A DNA stretch of 64,000 bases from an uncultured Chloroflexia bacterium (GTDB taxonomy: Bacteria; Chloroflexota; Limnocylindria; Limnocylindrales; CSP1-4), in the NCBI GenBank assembly GCA_963833535.1, contig CAWHYC010000005.1, positions 13,395-77,394 on the forward strand. The letters run 5' to 3'. The notes beneath the pieces are model-generated. The model had not been told where the DNA came from, did no database searches, and saw nothing but the letters and a program-made list of their open reading frames with translations. This document shows positions 1 through 9,112 of this stretch, in pieces. The stretch's first letter is position 1. Each line of letters starts with the position of its first letter. Made by a program: the position numbers and the translations under genes.

Positions 1-109
1 ACACCACTGGCCGACCGATGTGGCCGCTTCCTACCTGTTGGGCTCGAGCTATCTCGCTGCCCTGGTGATCGTCTATCGGCGCCTCAAGCCCCGCCGGGTG
101 CTCGCATGA
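1..109 (+). CDS. PAP2-family phosphatase, C-terminal fragment (5' end outside window)
   Basis: The frame starting at nt 2 reads HHWPTDVAASYLLGSSYLAALVIVYRRLKPRRVLA*. H-x-W-x-x-D resembles the third PAP2 motif. The stop TGA (107-109) overlaps the next ATG (ATGA). Confidence 0.45.
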   Translation, partial: HHWPTDVAASYLLGSSYLAALVIVYRRLKPRRVLA

Positions 110-1107
110 CCTCGGAAGGTCCGCGGACGGACGAGCGACGGATCCGGGTCCTCTGGAATCCCACGGCCGGACGCAAAGGCGGAATCCCGACGAACCGTTC
201 GTCCCGCGAGATGCTGCTCGAATTGCTGCACCGCCACGGTTTGGGCGACGAACTGATCGAACCGGGCTCCGAGCAGGAGGCGGCCGAGGCGGCCAGGGAC
301 GCCGTCGACCGCGGCTACGATGTGGTCGTCGCGGCCGGTGGCGACGGGACAATGGGGCTGGCTGGGCGACAGCTGATCGGGGCGCGCACCGCGCTGGGGA
401 TCCTGCCGTTGGGCAGCGTCATGAACATCCCGCGGATGTTGGGTGTGCCGCGCGACCTGGACGAGGCGGCGCGGATCCTGGCCGACGGGCACGTGCGGTC
501 GATCGACGTGGGGCAGGTCGGCGACCGCATCTTCTACGAGGCCGCCTATGTCGGCATGCATGCCGCTGTGTCGCGAGAGTTGCCCATGGTGGACAAGGGA
601 GACTACGGGGCGATCAGCCGGTCGATCGAGGCAGCGATCCACTACCAACCATCTGAGATGCGCATCGAGCTGGACGGCGACCGTACGATCGAGACGGAGG
701 CGCTCCTCATCGCGGTCGCCAACGGGCCTTTTATGGGCCCGGGGCTCACCATCGCACCAGACGCGTCACTCGACGACGGCCTGTTCGACGTGCGCGTGTT
801 CGCGAACTACACGAAGGCAGAGCTGACCCGTTACTTGACGAGTATCGCCTTCGGTCGCCGCGCGTACGAGGCGCGCTCACTGACCGAGCGGGCGAGCCGG
901 GTCCGCATCACGAGCCCACGACCGCTGCCCGCGCGTGCCGACGCGCAATACCTGGGAACCACGCCAGTCGTATTCGAGATCCGAACGAGGGTCCTGCGGG
1001 TGGTGGCTCCCGACCCGACAACGTCACCGAGTCGGTCGGGACTGTTCGGGCATCGCCTCCCGATCCCGGGTCGTGGCGTCGGAGCGCCGGCTTCGGAGCA
1101 GCCGTGA
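106..1107 (+). CDS. Diacylglycerol/lipid kinase family protein (DAGK catalytic domain, YegS/BmrU-like)
   Basis: 333-aa ORF with RIRVLWNPTAGRKGG and AAGGDGT motifs of the DAG/sphingosine kinase catalytic domain. It is translationally coupled to the upstream PAP2 fragment. Confidence 0.85.
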   Translation: MTSEGPRTDERRIRVLWNPTAGRKGGIPTNRSSREMLLELLHRHGLGDELIEPGSEQEAAEAARDAVDRGYDVVVAAGGDGTMGLAGRQLIGARTALGILPLGSVMNIPRMLGVPRDLDEAARILADGHVRSIDVGQVGDRIFYEAAYVGMHAAVSRELPMVDKGDYGAISRSIEAAIHYQPSEMRIELDGDRTIETEALLIAVANGPFMGPGLTIAPDASLDDGLFDVRVFANYTKAELTRYLTSIAFGRRAYEARSLTERASRVRITSPRPLPARADAQYLGTTPVVFEIRTRVLRVVAPDPTTSPSRSGLFGHRLPIPGRGVGAPASEQP

Positions 1108-1731
1108 GACGACCGCCGACGCAGCGACCAGGAACAGCAGCCACAGCGCCCCGGCCAGGTAGCCACCGATGACGTCCGACAGCCAGTGGGCTCCCAGGTA
1201 GACGCGGCTGATGCCGACGCTGACGGCCAGAACGATCGCGAAGGCGACAGCGACGATCCCCACCCGGCATCCCCCGAGTCGCCAGATGACCAGGGCGATC
1301 GCGAGGTAGACGACGAACGAGTTCATCGAGTGGCCGCTGGGGAAGCCGGTCTCAGGCGGGACCTCCGCCCAGTCGAGCCCGGGCCTGGGTCGCTGAAAGA
1401 ACAGCTTGAGCCTGTCGTTGAGCACGAGCGTGCCGACGAGGGCGATTACGATGAACACGGCCTCCGGGCGTCGTCGTCGGACGACGAGAAAGACGGCGGC
1501 AAGACCCACGACCGCTGCGAGCACGACGCTCGACCCGAGATTGGTGACGGCATTCATGAGCGCGTCGAGGGTCGGGTTTGCGAGGCCGTGGAGGAAGTTC
1601 GTGAACGCAGTGTCGATCGGCGGGATCTGTGGCTGGCTGACCAGCCACGCGATCACTCCGAACGCGATCAGGCAGACGAGGAACGCCGCCGCACCCCAAA
1701 TCACCATCGGTCGGGTCAGGTGAGCGTTCAC
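1024..1731 (-). CDS. PAP2 superfamily phosphatase (membrane)
   Basis: 235-aa polytopic ORF with PAP2 motifs KLFFQRPRP, PSGHS and SRVYLGAHWLSDV. Its 3' end overlaps the convergent kinase gene by 84 nt. Confidence 0.85.
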   Translation of the reverse strand: MNAHLTRPMVIWGAAAFLVCLIAFGVIAWLVSQPQIPPIDTAFTNFLHGLANPTLDALMNAVTNLGSSVVLAAVVGLAAVFLVVRRRRPEAVFIVIALVGTLVLNDRLKLFFQRPRPGLDWAEVPPETGFPSGHSMNSFVVYLAIALVIWRLGGCRVGIVAVAFAIVLAVSVGISRVYLGAHWLSDVIGGYLAGALWLLFLVAASAVVSRLLRSRRSDATTRDREAMPEQSRPTR

Positions 1732-2157
1732 AGCGCGGCTGCTCCACCAGGCCGGCCTTGAGCAGCCCGCAACGTGGCCTCGTCTTCTTCGAACATCTGA
1801 TCTCGCTACCGTTCGAGCCGTAGACGACGACCCGTCTTGGCGATCGTCTGGTCCGACATGAACCTAACTTGACGGTGCTCGTCGAGACGCCCGGCCGAGC
1901 GCGCCCGGAAGCGGAGCGGGCAGAAATAGAACATTTGTACAAGCGCGCCCGACAGGTGTTGGGCGCACGGTAGCAACCTACACCATCCCGATCGAAGGCC
2001 GTGATGAGCTCGAGGGCACGACTGATCTCCGGCACTGCGCCCCTCCTGAATGTAGAGGCCTCAGAACCAGACGGTGCTCGCCGTTCGAGGCTTGCGCGTG
2101 GGATTCCCGGCGACGGGGTAGGCTCCAGCCTGAACCATCCGCAACGGGAGCCCGGCG

Positions 2158-2403
2158 ATGACGGACCAGCCGATCTTCGCGAGGATCAACGCCCTCGCCT
2201 CCGAGGAGGAGCAGCTTTGGGAGCAAGCCTCCGACGGCAGCGGGCTCTCGAACGCCGACAAAGAGCGGCTGGATACGATCAAGGTCGAGCTGGATCAGTG
2301 TTACGACCTCCTGCACCAGCGGGAGGCTCGTCGCGCGGCCGGCCTGGACCCCGACTCGGCGGCCATCCGCCCCGCCGAGGTGGTCGAGCGCTACCAGCAG
2401 TAA
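2158..2403 (+). CDS. DUF2630-like small protein
   Basis: 81-aa ORF with a GGGAG Shine-Dalgarno about 7 nt upstream. ARINALASEEEQLW...LDQCYDLLHQREARRAAG resembles the DUF2630 family. Confidence 0.65.
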   Translation: MTDQPIFARINALASEEEQLWEQASDGSGLSNADKERLDTIKVELDQCYDLLHQREARRAAGLDPDSAAIRPAEVVERYQQ

Positions 2404-2463
2404 CGCCGCGGGTCGTCGCGCATCTCGGCTGCGTTCAAGCTGCCCGCCGCAACGCTCGCGGGC

Positions 2464-2799
2464 TCAGGTAGTAGCTGGCTCTGCCGCGGTCACCACGATG
2501 CCGGACAGGTCGCGCAGGTGCTCGGGCAGCGCGGCGGCCTCCTGCGCGGTGAAGCCAGGTCCGTCGATGGCGCCGTCGGCGGCGAAGAAGTCGCTATAGC
2601 GATCGCGATGCTCGCCAGCGAAGCGAAAAGCCTCGGCGATGCCGACCAGCTTCAGCTCCGGGTTCTCGATCTGGATCTGTCGTGGGGCGAGCCCGTGTGC
2701 ACGCATCTCGAGGATGTTGCGAACGGTCAGCCGCGTGTTGTAGCAGAAGGGCTCGCCGTTCATGACGAGCGGGTCCGACTTGACCCACTTGATGGTCAT
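2464..2799 (-). CDS. DUF433 domain protein
   Basis: 111-aa ORF. DPLVMNGEPFCYNTRLTVRNILEMRAHGLAPRQI matches the DUF433 HTH-like domain. Its start lies 2 nt after the upstream stop (TGA-gg-ATG on the minus strand). Confidence 0.7.
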   Translation of the reverse strand: MTIKWVKSDPLVMNGEPFCYNTRLTVRNILEMRAHGLAPRQIQIENPELKLVGIAEAFRFAGEHRDRYSDFFAADGAIDGPGFTAQEAAALPEHLRDLSGIVVTAAEPATT

Positions 2800-2801
2800 C
2801 C

Positions 2802-3305
2802 TCAGATGACCGAGTCGTCGAGGATGCCCGCGCCCTTGAAGATGAAGCGCGCGACCGGGTTGCCCTTGTGGTCGCCCGGCAGGCGCTTGTACATGCGCAG
2901 CCGATTGAACCAGGCATCGATCAGCTCACTGAAAGCGGCGGCATCGTCGGGCGGGAGGACGGCTGCTGCGGCCGGCCGCAGGCCGCCGATGAGCGTCTGC
3001 TGGTCCCGTGTGGGGATGCGACGACGCCGATAGATGGGCACGATCCACTCCGCCCACTCGGTGACGTGGCGCGCTTCGCCCGTCTCGAGCGCCAGCGCGA
3101 ACTGCTCGATATGGCGCTCATAGTCGCGCAGCAGCGTCCGCAGGGTGATCTCGTCATAGCGATCGCCGAGGGTCGGGTCGGCTTCGAGCGCCGACTTGAG
3201 GGCCAGCGTGCCGACGGTCGATCGCTGGCTCCGGAGGCGCGCCGCGGCCGCCGTTCGGCCGGCCGTGGGGTCGGCGGGCGGCAGGCCCAGGACGGGGTGG
3301 CTCAT
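2802..3305 (-). CDS. Hypothetical protein (167 aa), coupled to the DUF433 gene
   Basis: Long ORF with coding-like composition, immediately upstream of and coupled to the DUF433 gene. No family recognised. Confidence 0.5.
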   Translation of the reverse strand: MSHPVLGLPPADPTAGRTAAAARLRSQRSTVGTLALKSALEADPTLGDRYDEITLRTLLRDYERHIEQFALALETGEARHVTEWAEWIVPIYRRRRIPTRDQQTLIGGLRPAAAAVLPPDDAAAFSELIDAWFNRLRMYKRLPGDHKGNPVARFIFKGAGILDDSVI

Positions 3306-3316
3306 GGGCGAGAGGC

Positions 3317-3322
3317 TAGCAT
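3317..3322 (+). promoter_or_regulatory. -10 box (TAGCAT) of a leaderless gene
   Basis: TAGCAT, then 6 nt, then the GTG start at 3329. Confidence 0.4.
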
Positions 3323-3328
3323 GACGCG

Positions 3329-3847
3329 GTGACGAACGCGGCCCTCCCAGGCGGCGAGACGCGCCCGCCGGGCACGACCTCGCGACCCGTCAGCGATCCC
3401 TCGCGTGACGAGGGCGTCCGGGGCGATCGCCCGGCGAAGCCCGACCTGTGGCGAGGTCTCGCCTATGGCCTCGCGATGGGCCTGGGCTTCGCGGTCGCCT
3501 GGGTCGTCCTCGAGTCGATCCTCGACCTTAGCGTCGGGCTCGTCTTCCTGTCGGCCATCGCCGCCTGGCTGACCGGCACGGCGGTGGCCCTCGGCGCCGA
3601 GCCAGGATCGTTCCGACGGCAGCGCAGCACGATCCTGCTGGCGATCGCCGTGTGCCTCGGGATCTGGGTCGTCGGCAGCTGCGCGGCATACCTCGTCAGC
3701 CTGGCCATCCTGCCCGACTCGACGCTGGACCTGCTGGCGCGGATGGCCAATGCGCCGTTCCTCGACGGCCTCGCCGCGGGCTTCATCCCCGGCGGGCTGG
3801 TCGAGCTCGTCGCCCTGGCGCTCTTCGGCTGGCTGGGCGCACGGTGA
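3329..3847 (+). CDS. Hypothetical membrane protein
   Basis: 172-aa ORF with a GTG start and about four hydrophobic segments (LAYGLAMGLGFAVAWVVL, LLAIAVCLGIWVVGSCAAYLV and others). No family recognised. Confidence 0.5.
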   Translation: MTNAALPGGETRPPGTTSRPVSDPSRDEGVRGDRPAKPDLWRGLAYGLAMGLGFAVAWVVLESILDLSVGLVFLSAIAAWLTGTAVALGAEPGSFRRQRSTILLAIAVCLGIWVVGSCAAYLVSLAILPDSTLDLLARMANAPFLDGLAAGFIPGGLVELVALALFGWLGAR

Positions 3848-3866
3848 CGCCCCCATTCGGCTCTGA

Positions 3867-4193
3867 TCAGCCCGTCGTCTCGCCTACGAACGGCATGCCG
3901 TCGTCGGTCGCCTTGAGGCTCATGCGCAGGGCGGCCGTCTTCTGCTCGGCCACCTCGCGCACGTAGGCGTCTTCCTCCTCGGGCGTCATCAGCCGCCCAC
4001 GGACCTGGGCCTTTGGCCGGCCGACGCCCAGCCAGACGAGGTGATAGCGGTCCATCGAACCCCACGCGGCGGCAAGCAGGTCGTCCGAGAGCTGAAGCCA
4101 CGTCCGGAGGCCGCCCATCGAGGGCATGGCCTGCAGGCGATCCCCCTCGGCGATCAGCTGGCGGGTCCGGCTGCTGAGCTCGTCGCGGGTCAT
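3867..4193 (-). CDS. Hypothetical protein (108 aa)
   Basis: Reading from ATG 4193 (MTRDELSSRTRQL...). This ATG overlaps the pabC stop (ATGA), so the longer 191-aa ORF in the track is unlikely. Confidence 0.45.
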   Translation of the reverse strand: MTRDELSSRTRQLIAEGDRLQAMPSMGGLRTWLQLSDDLLAAAWGSMDRYHLVWLGVGRPKAQVRGRLMTPEEEDAYVREVAEQKTAALRMSLKATDDGMPFVGETTG

Positions 4194-5087
4194 GGTTGCG
4201 CGGCGAAGATCGCCTCGCGGTCCGCTCGAGCCCGTCGCGTCCAGCGACCGGGCAGGCCATCGCCGATGGGCTCGCCGGCGAAGCGCGTCACCGGCAGGAT
4301 GCCGGCCACGCTCGAGGAGATGAACGCCTCGTCCGCCTCGACCAGGTCGCGTGTCGTCAGCCAGCCCTCGTGCGGTGTCAGGCCGACGCGGATGGCCCAC
4401 GCCAGGAGCCAATCCCTGGTCGTGCCGGGCAAGATGGCGCACGCCAGCGCGGGCGTGGCCAGCTCGCCTCGACGAACGAGGAAGAGGTTGGCCGAGGTCG
4501 CCTCCGACAGGAAGCCGTCGATGGTCAGGAAGATGGCGTCGTCCGCGCCCGCATCGCGTGCCTCGACTCGGGCGTAGACGAATTCCGCGCGGCTGATCGT
4601 CTTGAGCGCCGACAGGGGGCTCTCAGGATCGCGCCGGACCGCGCTCGCGACGAGATGCAGGCCACGCTCCAGGTGGTCGGGCGGCGGCGGCGGCACGGGC
4701 CAGGCCTGGACGACGACCGTCGGCGCCGGCTGCTCTCCATGGGGCAACAGGCCACGGGCGACGATCGGCCCACGACTGACGGTGATGCGGATCGAGGCGT
4801 CCCCACCAGGTCCAGCCAAGGCCTTCGACGGCCAGCAGCTCGCCGACGGCGGCGGTCAGCCGGGCCTCGATGTCGTCAGGCAGGTGGATGGCCAGGCCCG
4901 CCGCGGACCGTCGGAGTCGGGCCACGTGCTCGACCAGCTCGGTGGGCCGGCCGCCGCGGGCACGCAGCGTCTCGAAGACACCGTCGCCGAGCTGGAAGCC
5001 CCGATCGAAGGCCGAGAGGTGCGGCCCATCCACGGGCTGGATGCGCCCGTCGACCCAGACGTGGCGCGGCCCGACCACTATCAGCAC
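4190..5087 (-). pseudogene. pabC: Aminodeoxychorismate lyase / class IV aminotransferase, split by one frame change
   Basis: The N-terminal part (FDRGFQLGDGVFETLRARGG...) is in the frame of ORF 4623..5300. The C-terminal part (DASIRITVSRG...EATSANLFLV...LPGTTRD) is in ORF 4190..4819. The junction is near 4820. GTG 5087 overlaps the pabB stop. Confidence 0.75.
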
Positions 5088-6724
5088 TCTGTCCGACGGT
5101 CGTCGGACGGCGGCACGACTTCGACAGCACCGATGGCCGACAGCGGGCCGCGCGCCTTGGCCACGGTCTCCTCGTATTCCTCGGCCGGATCGGAGCGCCA
5201 GGTCATGCCACCGCCGACGTGCAGCGTCAGGCGGGCGCCGTCGGCCACGAACGTGCGGATGAGGATCGACGAGCCCATCGCGCCGTCGGCACCGATCCAC
5301 ACCGCGGCACCGGTGTATGGGCCACGTCGGACCGGCTCGAGCGACTCGATGACCTCCATCGCCCGGATCTTGGGTGCGCCCGTGATCGAGCCGCCCGGGA
5401 ACGAGGCGGCCAGCAGGTCGAAGGCATCGCGGTCCGGGCTCAAGCGCCCCGTGACGGTCGAGACCAGGTGCTGCACCGCGCCCGTGCGCTCCAGCCGGCA
5501 GAGCCGAGGCACGCGGATGGTCCCGCGCACGCAGACGCGGCCGAGGTCATTGCGCAGGACATCGACGATCATCACGTTCTCGGCGCGATCCTTGGGACTG
5601 GCCAGCAGCTCGCAGGCGAGGGCGCGGTCGGCCTCAGGCGTGTCGCCACGGGGGCGCGTGCCCTTGATGGGGTCCGTGGCCACCTGCCCATCGGCATCGA
5701 GCGCCAGGAACGGCTCCGGGCTCGCCGACAGCAGCGCCCGCCCCTGCCCAAGGTCGAGGTACGCAGCATGGGTCACCGGGTCGCCCGTCCGAAGGCGACG
5801 GTAGACGAGCCAGGGGTCGTCATCGAACGGGGCCACCAGCCGGCGGGCGACGTTGGCCTGGTAGATCTCGCCGCGGGCGATCTCGTCCCTGACGCGCTCG
5901 ACCATCCCCTCGAAGGTCGGCCGATCGACGTCGGCGACGAAGGTGCCCGGGGTGGAGTCGGCTGCGCCCGGGGCCACCTGGCCCGCTGCCGTCGAGCCAT
6001 GGGGTGTCGATCCAGAGTCGGTCGAGTCGCCGATCGGGGCCGCAGGTGACAGCAGCTGAGCGAGCAAGGCCTCACGCCGTCGCTCGAGGCGGGCGAGGTC
6101 GCCGTCCACCGCCCGACCGACCAGCCAGGCCGCGCCAACCTGCCGGTCCCAGGCGACCACGAGGTCGTACAGCCCGAAGCGCAACTCCGGCAGCGGCTGG
6201 TCCTCGACCGCCAGGCTCGGCAGCCGCTCGAAGCGGCGGCCAAGGTCATACGACAGATGGCCCGCGAGGCCGCCGGTCCAGCCGGGGACTGCCGCGGACC
6301 GCCCGGCAGATTCGGCCGAGCTGGCCGACGAGGCCGAGCGGGTCGACGGGGCTGCGGTGGAGCCGATCGTTGCGGCATGGATGCGCGTCGGCACAAGACG
6401 TTCGAGCATCCGCCTGGCGCCTGCGAAGGGGTCTGGGCCGTCGTCGGGCCGCTCCAGGACGGCGATCGGATCGACCGCCAGGTAGCTCCAGCGCGCTCGG
6501 TGGCCGGGGCGGGCGCTCTCGAGCAGCACCAGGCCCGACAGCCCGCGCACGCGCTCGGCGGCGTCGAGCGGCGTCAGCCCGTCGAGCGACGACAGCCGCT
6601 CGATGACAAGGCCACTTGCGAAGGAGGTTCGGACGTCGAGAGCCATGGCGGCATGATGCGGCATCATGGGCAGGTGAGCCACCAGACCATCCCGACCGAC
6701 GAGCAGGTCGCGCTCGACGGCCAC
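5081..6724 (-). CDS. pabB: Aminodeoxychorismate synthase component I (chorismate-binding enzyme)
   Basis: 547-aa ORF with motifs GEIYQANVARR, PGGSITGAPKIRAMEVIE and RGPYTGA, followed by pabC. The start is uncertain: ATG 6724 or ATG 6647 (MALDV...), and the latter avoids overlap with the divergent gene. Confidence 0.85.
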   Translation of the reverse strand: MAVERDLLVGRDGLVAHLPMMPHHAAMALDVRTSFASGLVIERLSSLDGLTPLDAAERVRGLSGLVLLESARPGHRARWSYLAVDPIAVLERPDDGPDPFAGARRMLERLVPTRIHAATIGSTAAPSTRSASSASSAESAGRSAAVPGWTGGLAGHLSYDLGRRFERLPSLAVEDQPLPELRFGLYDLVVAWDRQVGAAWLVGRAVDGDLARLERRREALLAQLLSPAAPIGDSTDSGSTPHGSTAAGQVAPGAADSTPGTFVADVDRPTFEGMVERVRDEIARGEIYQANVARRLVAPFDDDPWLVYRRLRTGDPVTHAAYLDLGQGRALLSASPEPFLALDADGQVATDPIKGTRPRGDTPEADRALACELLASPKDRAENVMIVDVLRNDLGRVCVRGTIRVPRLCRLERTGAVQHLVSTVTGRLSPDRDAFDLLAASFPGGSITGAPKIRAMEVIESLEPVRRGPYTGAAVWIGADGAMGSSILIRTFVADGARLTLHVGGGMTWRSDPAEEYEETVAKARGPLSAIGAVEVVPPSDDRRTEC

Positions 6725-7798
6725 CGACCGGGCCGCTCGCGAATCGACGCAGACGCGCTCCAGCGGGCCTTCGACGTGGTCGCCGAGCAGGTCTCAAGCG
6801 GCACGGTCCCGTCCGCGGTGCTCGCGGTCGCCGACGCCGACGGCCTGATCCGGATCGAGGCGTCCTCCGGCTCCGACGAGGCGGCGACCGACTCGATCTA
6901 CCTCCTGGCCTCGATCACCAAGCCGATCGTGGCCACCGCCGTCCTTCAGCTGGTCGAACGTGGCCGACTCGTCCTGTCCGTTCCAGTCCAGCGCTACCTG
7001 CCGACGTTCACGCCGAGCCCCTCGGCGCCGGACACGCCGGGCGCGGAGGTCATCACGACGCAGCAGCTCCTGGCCCATACGAGCGGCCTGGCCGACTTCG
7101 ACCTGCAGCTGCTCGAGCGCGAGCGACCGGATCGCCATCGATTGCTGGAGATCGCGTGCACCTTCCCGCTGCGGCGCGTTCCAGGCACGGAGTACGAGTA
7201 CAGCACCCTGGCGTTCGCCGTCCTCGGCGAGCTGATCCATCGGCTGGACGGTCGGGACTACCCTGAGTACCTGGCCGACGAGATCTTCACACCGCTGGGC
7301 ATGACCTCGATGGGCTTCTCGGCCATCGATGCCCGGCGTGCGGTGCTGGCGGAGTTCCCTGGCTTCCCGCCCGCCTTCCAACCCTTCGTGAGCGCCTTCT
7401 ACGACGCCATGCAGGCGCCGGGCGGCGGTCTCTGGGGCACCGCGTCCGACGTCGTCGCCTTCGGACGCGCGATGCTGCGCGGCGGTGAGCTCGACGGTCG
7501 GCGCGTGCTCGGGCGACCGTTCGTGGATCTCATGACCAGCGAGCAGACGGCGGATGTCCTGGAAGCCGGAGTGCCGCCACGTGCGCCGGCCTATGGCCTC
7601 GGCTGGGGCCTGCAGACTCAGGAGCGAACGATGCCTGGCTCGCCGCGCACCTTCGGGCATGGCGGTGGCACCGGCACGCGGCTGTGGGTCGACCCCGATG
7701 CCGGGCTGGTCATCGTCTACCTGACCAACAGCTGGGCCGTCGGTCCGGCTCCCTCGCTGGCTGCCATCGCCGCCGTCTACGGCGCGCTGGATCGCTGA
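6653..7798 (+). CDS. Serine hydrolase / beta-lactamase-family protein
   Basis: C-terminal ~380 aa of ORF 6257..7798, with the SxxK motif (ASITKP) and class C beta-lactamase/esterase-like sequence. The start is placed at ATG 6653 because the upstream part is antisense to pabB. Confidence 0.75.
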   Translation: MMRHHGQVSHQTIPTDEQVALDGHRPGRSRIDADALQRAFDVVAEQVSSGTVPSAVLAVADADGLIRIEASSGSDEAATDSIYLLASITKPIVATAVLQLVERGRLVLSVPVQRYLPTFTPSPSAPDTPGAEVITTQQLLAHTSGLADFDLQLLERERPDRHRLLEIACTFPLRRVPGTEYEYSTLAFAVLGELIHRLDGRDYPEYLADEIFTPLGMTSMGFSAIDARRAVLAEFPGFPPAFQPFVSAFYDAMQAPGGGLWGTASDVVAFGRAMLRGGELDGRRVLGRPFVDLMTSEQTADVLEAGVPPRAPAYGLGWGLQTQERTMPGSPRTFGHGGGTGTRLWVDPDAGLVIVYLTNSWAVGPAPSLAAIAAVYGALDR

Positions 7799-7808
7799 GA
7801 GGACTTCG

Positions 7809-8078
7809 ATGGATCCGACCTGTAGCCACCTCGACCTGATCGATCCCGAGGCCGTCCCGAGCGCCGACGGCTGCGAGGACTGCCTCCGCATCGGAAGCTG
7901 GTGGGTCCACCTCCGGATGTGCCTGGTGTGCGGCCACGCGGGGTGCTGCGACCAGTCCCCGAACAAGCACGCCACGGCCCATTGGAAGGCGACCGGCCAC
8001 CCGATCGTGCGATCCATGGAGCCCGGCGAGGACTGGGGCTGGTGCTTCGAGGATCAGGCCTGGCTGGAGCCCAGCTGA
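7809..8078 (+). CDS. UBP-type zinc-finger protein
   Basis: 89-aa ORF. The Cys/His pattern CEDC...LRMCLVCGHAGCCDQSPNKHATAH...TGHP is typical of Znf-UBP domain proteins. Confidence 0.75.
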   Translation: MDPTCSHLDLIDPEAVPSADGCEDCLRIGSWWVHLRMCLVCGHAGCCDQSPNKHATAHWKATGHPIVRSMEPGEDWGWCFEDQAWLEPS

Positions 8079-8167
8079 GGAGGGCTCGCAGGCGATGTGA
8101 AACGGCCGCGCCCCGGGATCGGGATGCGGCCGCCGTGGCTTGCTGACCGGCCGCGGGCCGGCCGCGA

Positions 8168-9010
8168 CTAGCGCTCGATGGGCACGTTGACCATGCTTCC
8201 CCACTCGGTCCAGGAACCGTCGTAGTTCTTGACCCGTGGGTAGCCGAGCAGCTCATGGAGCACGAACCAGGTATGGCTCGAACGCTCGCCGATGCGGCAG
8301 TAGGCGATGACGTCCAGCCCGGGCGTGATGCCCTTGCCCTCGTAGAGCGCCTTGAGCTCATCCGCGCTCTTGAAGGTGCCGTCCTCGCGGACCGCCTGGG
8401 CCCAGGGGATGGACGCCGCGCCAGGGATGTGGCCGCCGCGCTGGGCGGTCTCGGACATGCCCGGCGGTGCGATGACCTCGCCGCTGAACTCGGCCGGTGA
8501 TCGCACGTCGACGAGGGCGAAGCCGGACTCGCCGAGGCGCGGCAGGATGTCGTCCCGGAAGGCCCGCGTCGTGAAGTCGGGCTCGGCGATGGTGATCGTG
8601 CCGACGCCGGGGTCGGATGCGTCCGTGGTCAGGGGCAGGCCGTGGTCGAGCCAGTACTTGCGACCGCCATCGACGATGCTGACCTTGTCGATGCCGTGCA
8701 GCTTGAGCTGCCAGTAGGCCCAGGCCGCGAACCAGTTGTTGTTGTCGCCGTAGAGCACGATGTGGGTGTCGTCGTGGACGCCGGCGGCGCGCAGCAGCGC
8801 CTGGAGATCGTCGCGCGACGCGATGTCGCGACGGATGCCGTCCGACAGCTGGCTGGTCCAGTCCCAGCCGACCGCGCCCGGGATGTGGCTCTGGGCATAG
8901 GCGGTGGTGTCGACGTCGACTTCGATGAAGCGGACGGCGGGGTTGCCGATGTTCTGCTGGGCCCAGTCGGGGCTGACGAGCGCCTTGGTGGCGCGAGAGG
9001 TGAGCGTCAT
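8168..9010 (-). CDS. Thiosulfate sulfurtransferase (tandem rhodanese, CysA/SseA-like)
   Basis: 280-aa ORF with two rhodanese domains and the active-site loop YCRIGERSSHTWF. Confidence 0.85.
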   Translation of the reverse strand: MTLTSRATKALVSPDWAQQNIGNPAVRFIEVDVDTTAYAQSHIPGAVGWDWTSQLSDGIRRDIASRDDLQALLRAAGVHDDTHIVLYGDNNNWFAAWAYWQLKLHGIDKVSIVDGGRKYWLDHGLPLTTDASDPGVGTITIAEPDFTTRAFRDDILPRLGESGFALVDVRSPAEFSGEVIAPPGMSETAQRGGHIPGAASIPWAQAVREDGTFKSADELKALYEGKGITPGLDVIAYCRIGERSSHTWFVLHELLGYPRVKNYDGSWTEWGSMVNVPIER

Positions 9011-9112
9011 GGGAGCGATCCTTTCGTCTGTTGACGTATCGAGGCGGTGCTGCTGGGTCCGCGGGCGGTCAGGCCCGCCAGGGACATCTGCACGTCACCG
9101 GACGGTGCTCGC

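Noticed and set aside
1789-1942. Two LexA/Cheo-box-like sites (TCGAACATCTGATCTC at 1789-1804 and TAGAACATTTGTACAA at 1927-1942) in the lower-GC gap between the PAP2 and DUF2630 genes.
   Set aside because: Each deviates from GAAC-N4-GTTC in the critical right half (GATC, GTAC). No SOS-type gene is adjacent. They may simply be AT-richer promoter DNA.
4196-6049. Very long ORFs antisense to or overlapping recognised genes: 4196..6049 (617 aa), 11192..12877 (561 aa), 13121..14614 (497 aa), 30582..32396 (604 aa), 44672..46261 (529 aa), 33387..34709 (440 aa), and the N-terminal 440 aa of 59321..61474.
   Set aside because: These are typical shadow ORFs of a ~70% GC genome. Their translations are Arg/Gly/Pro/Ala-rich with no motifs, and each overlaps a gene with clear family signatures on the other strand or frame.
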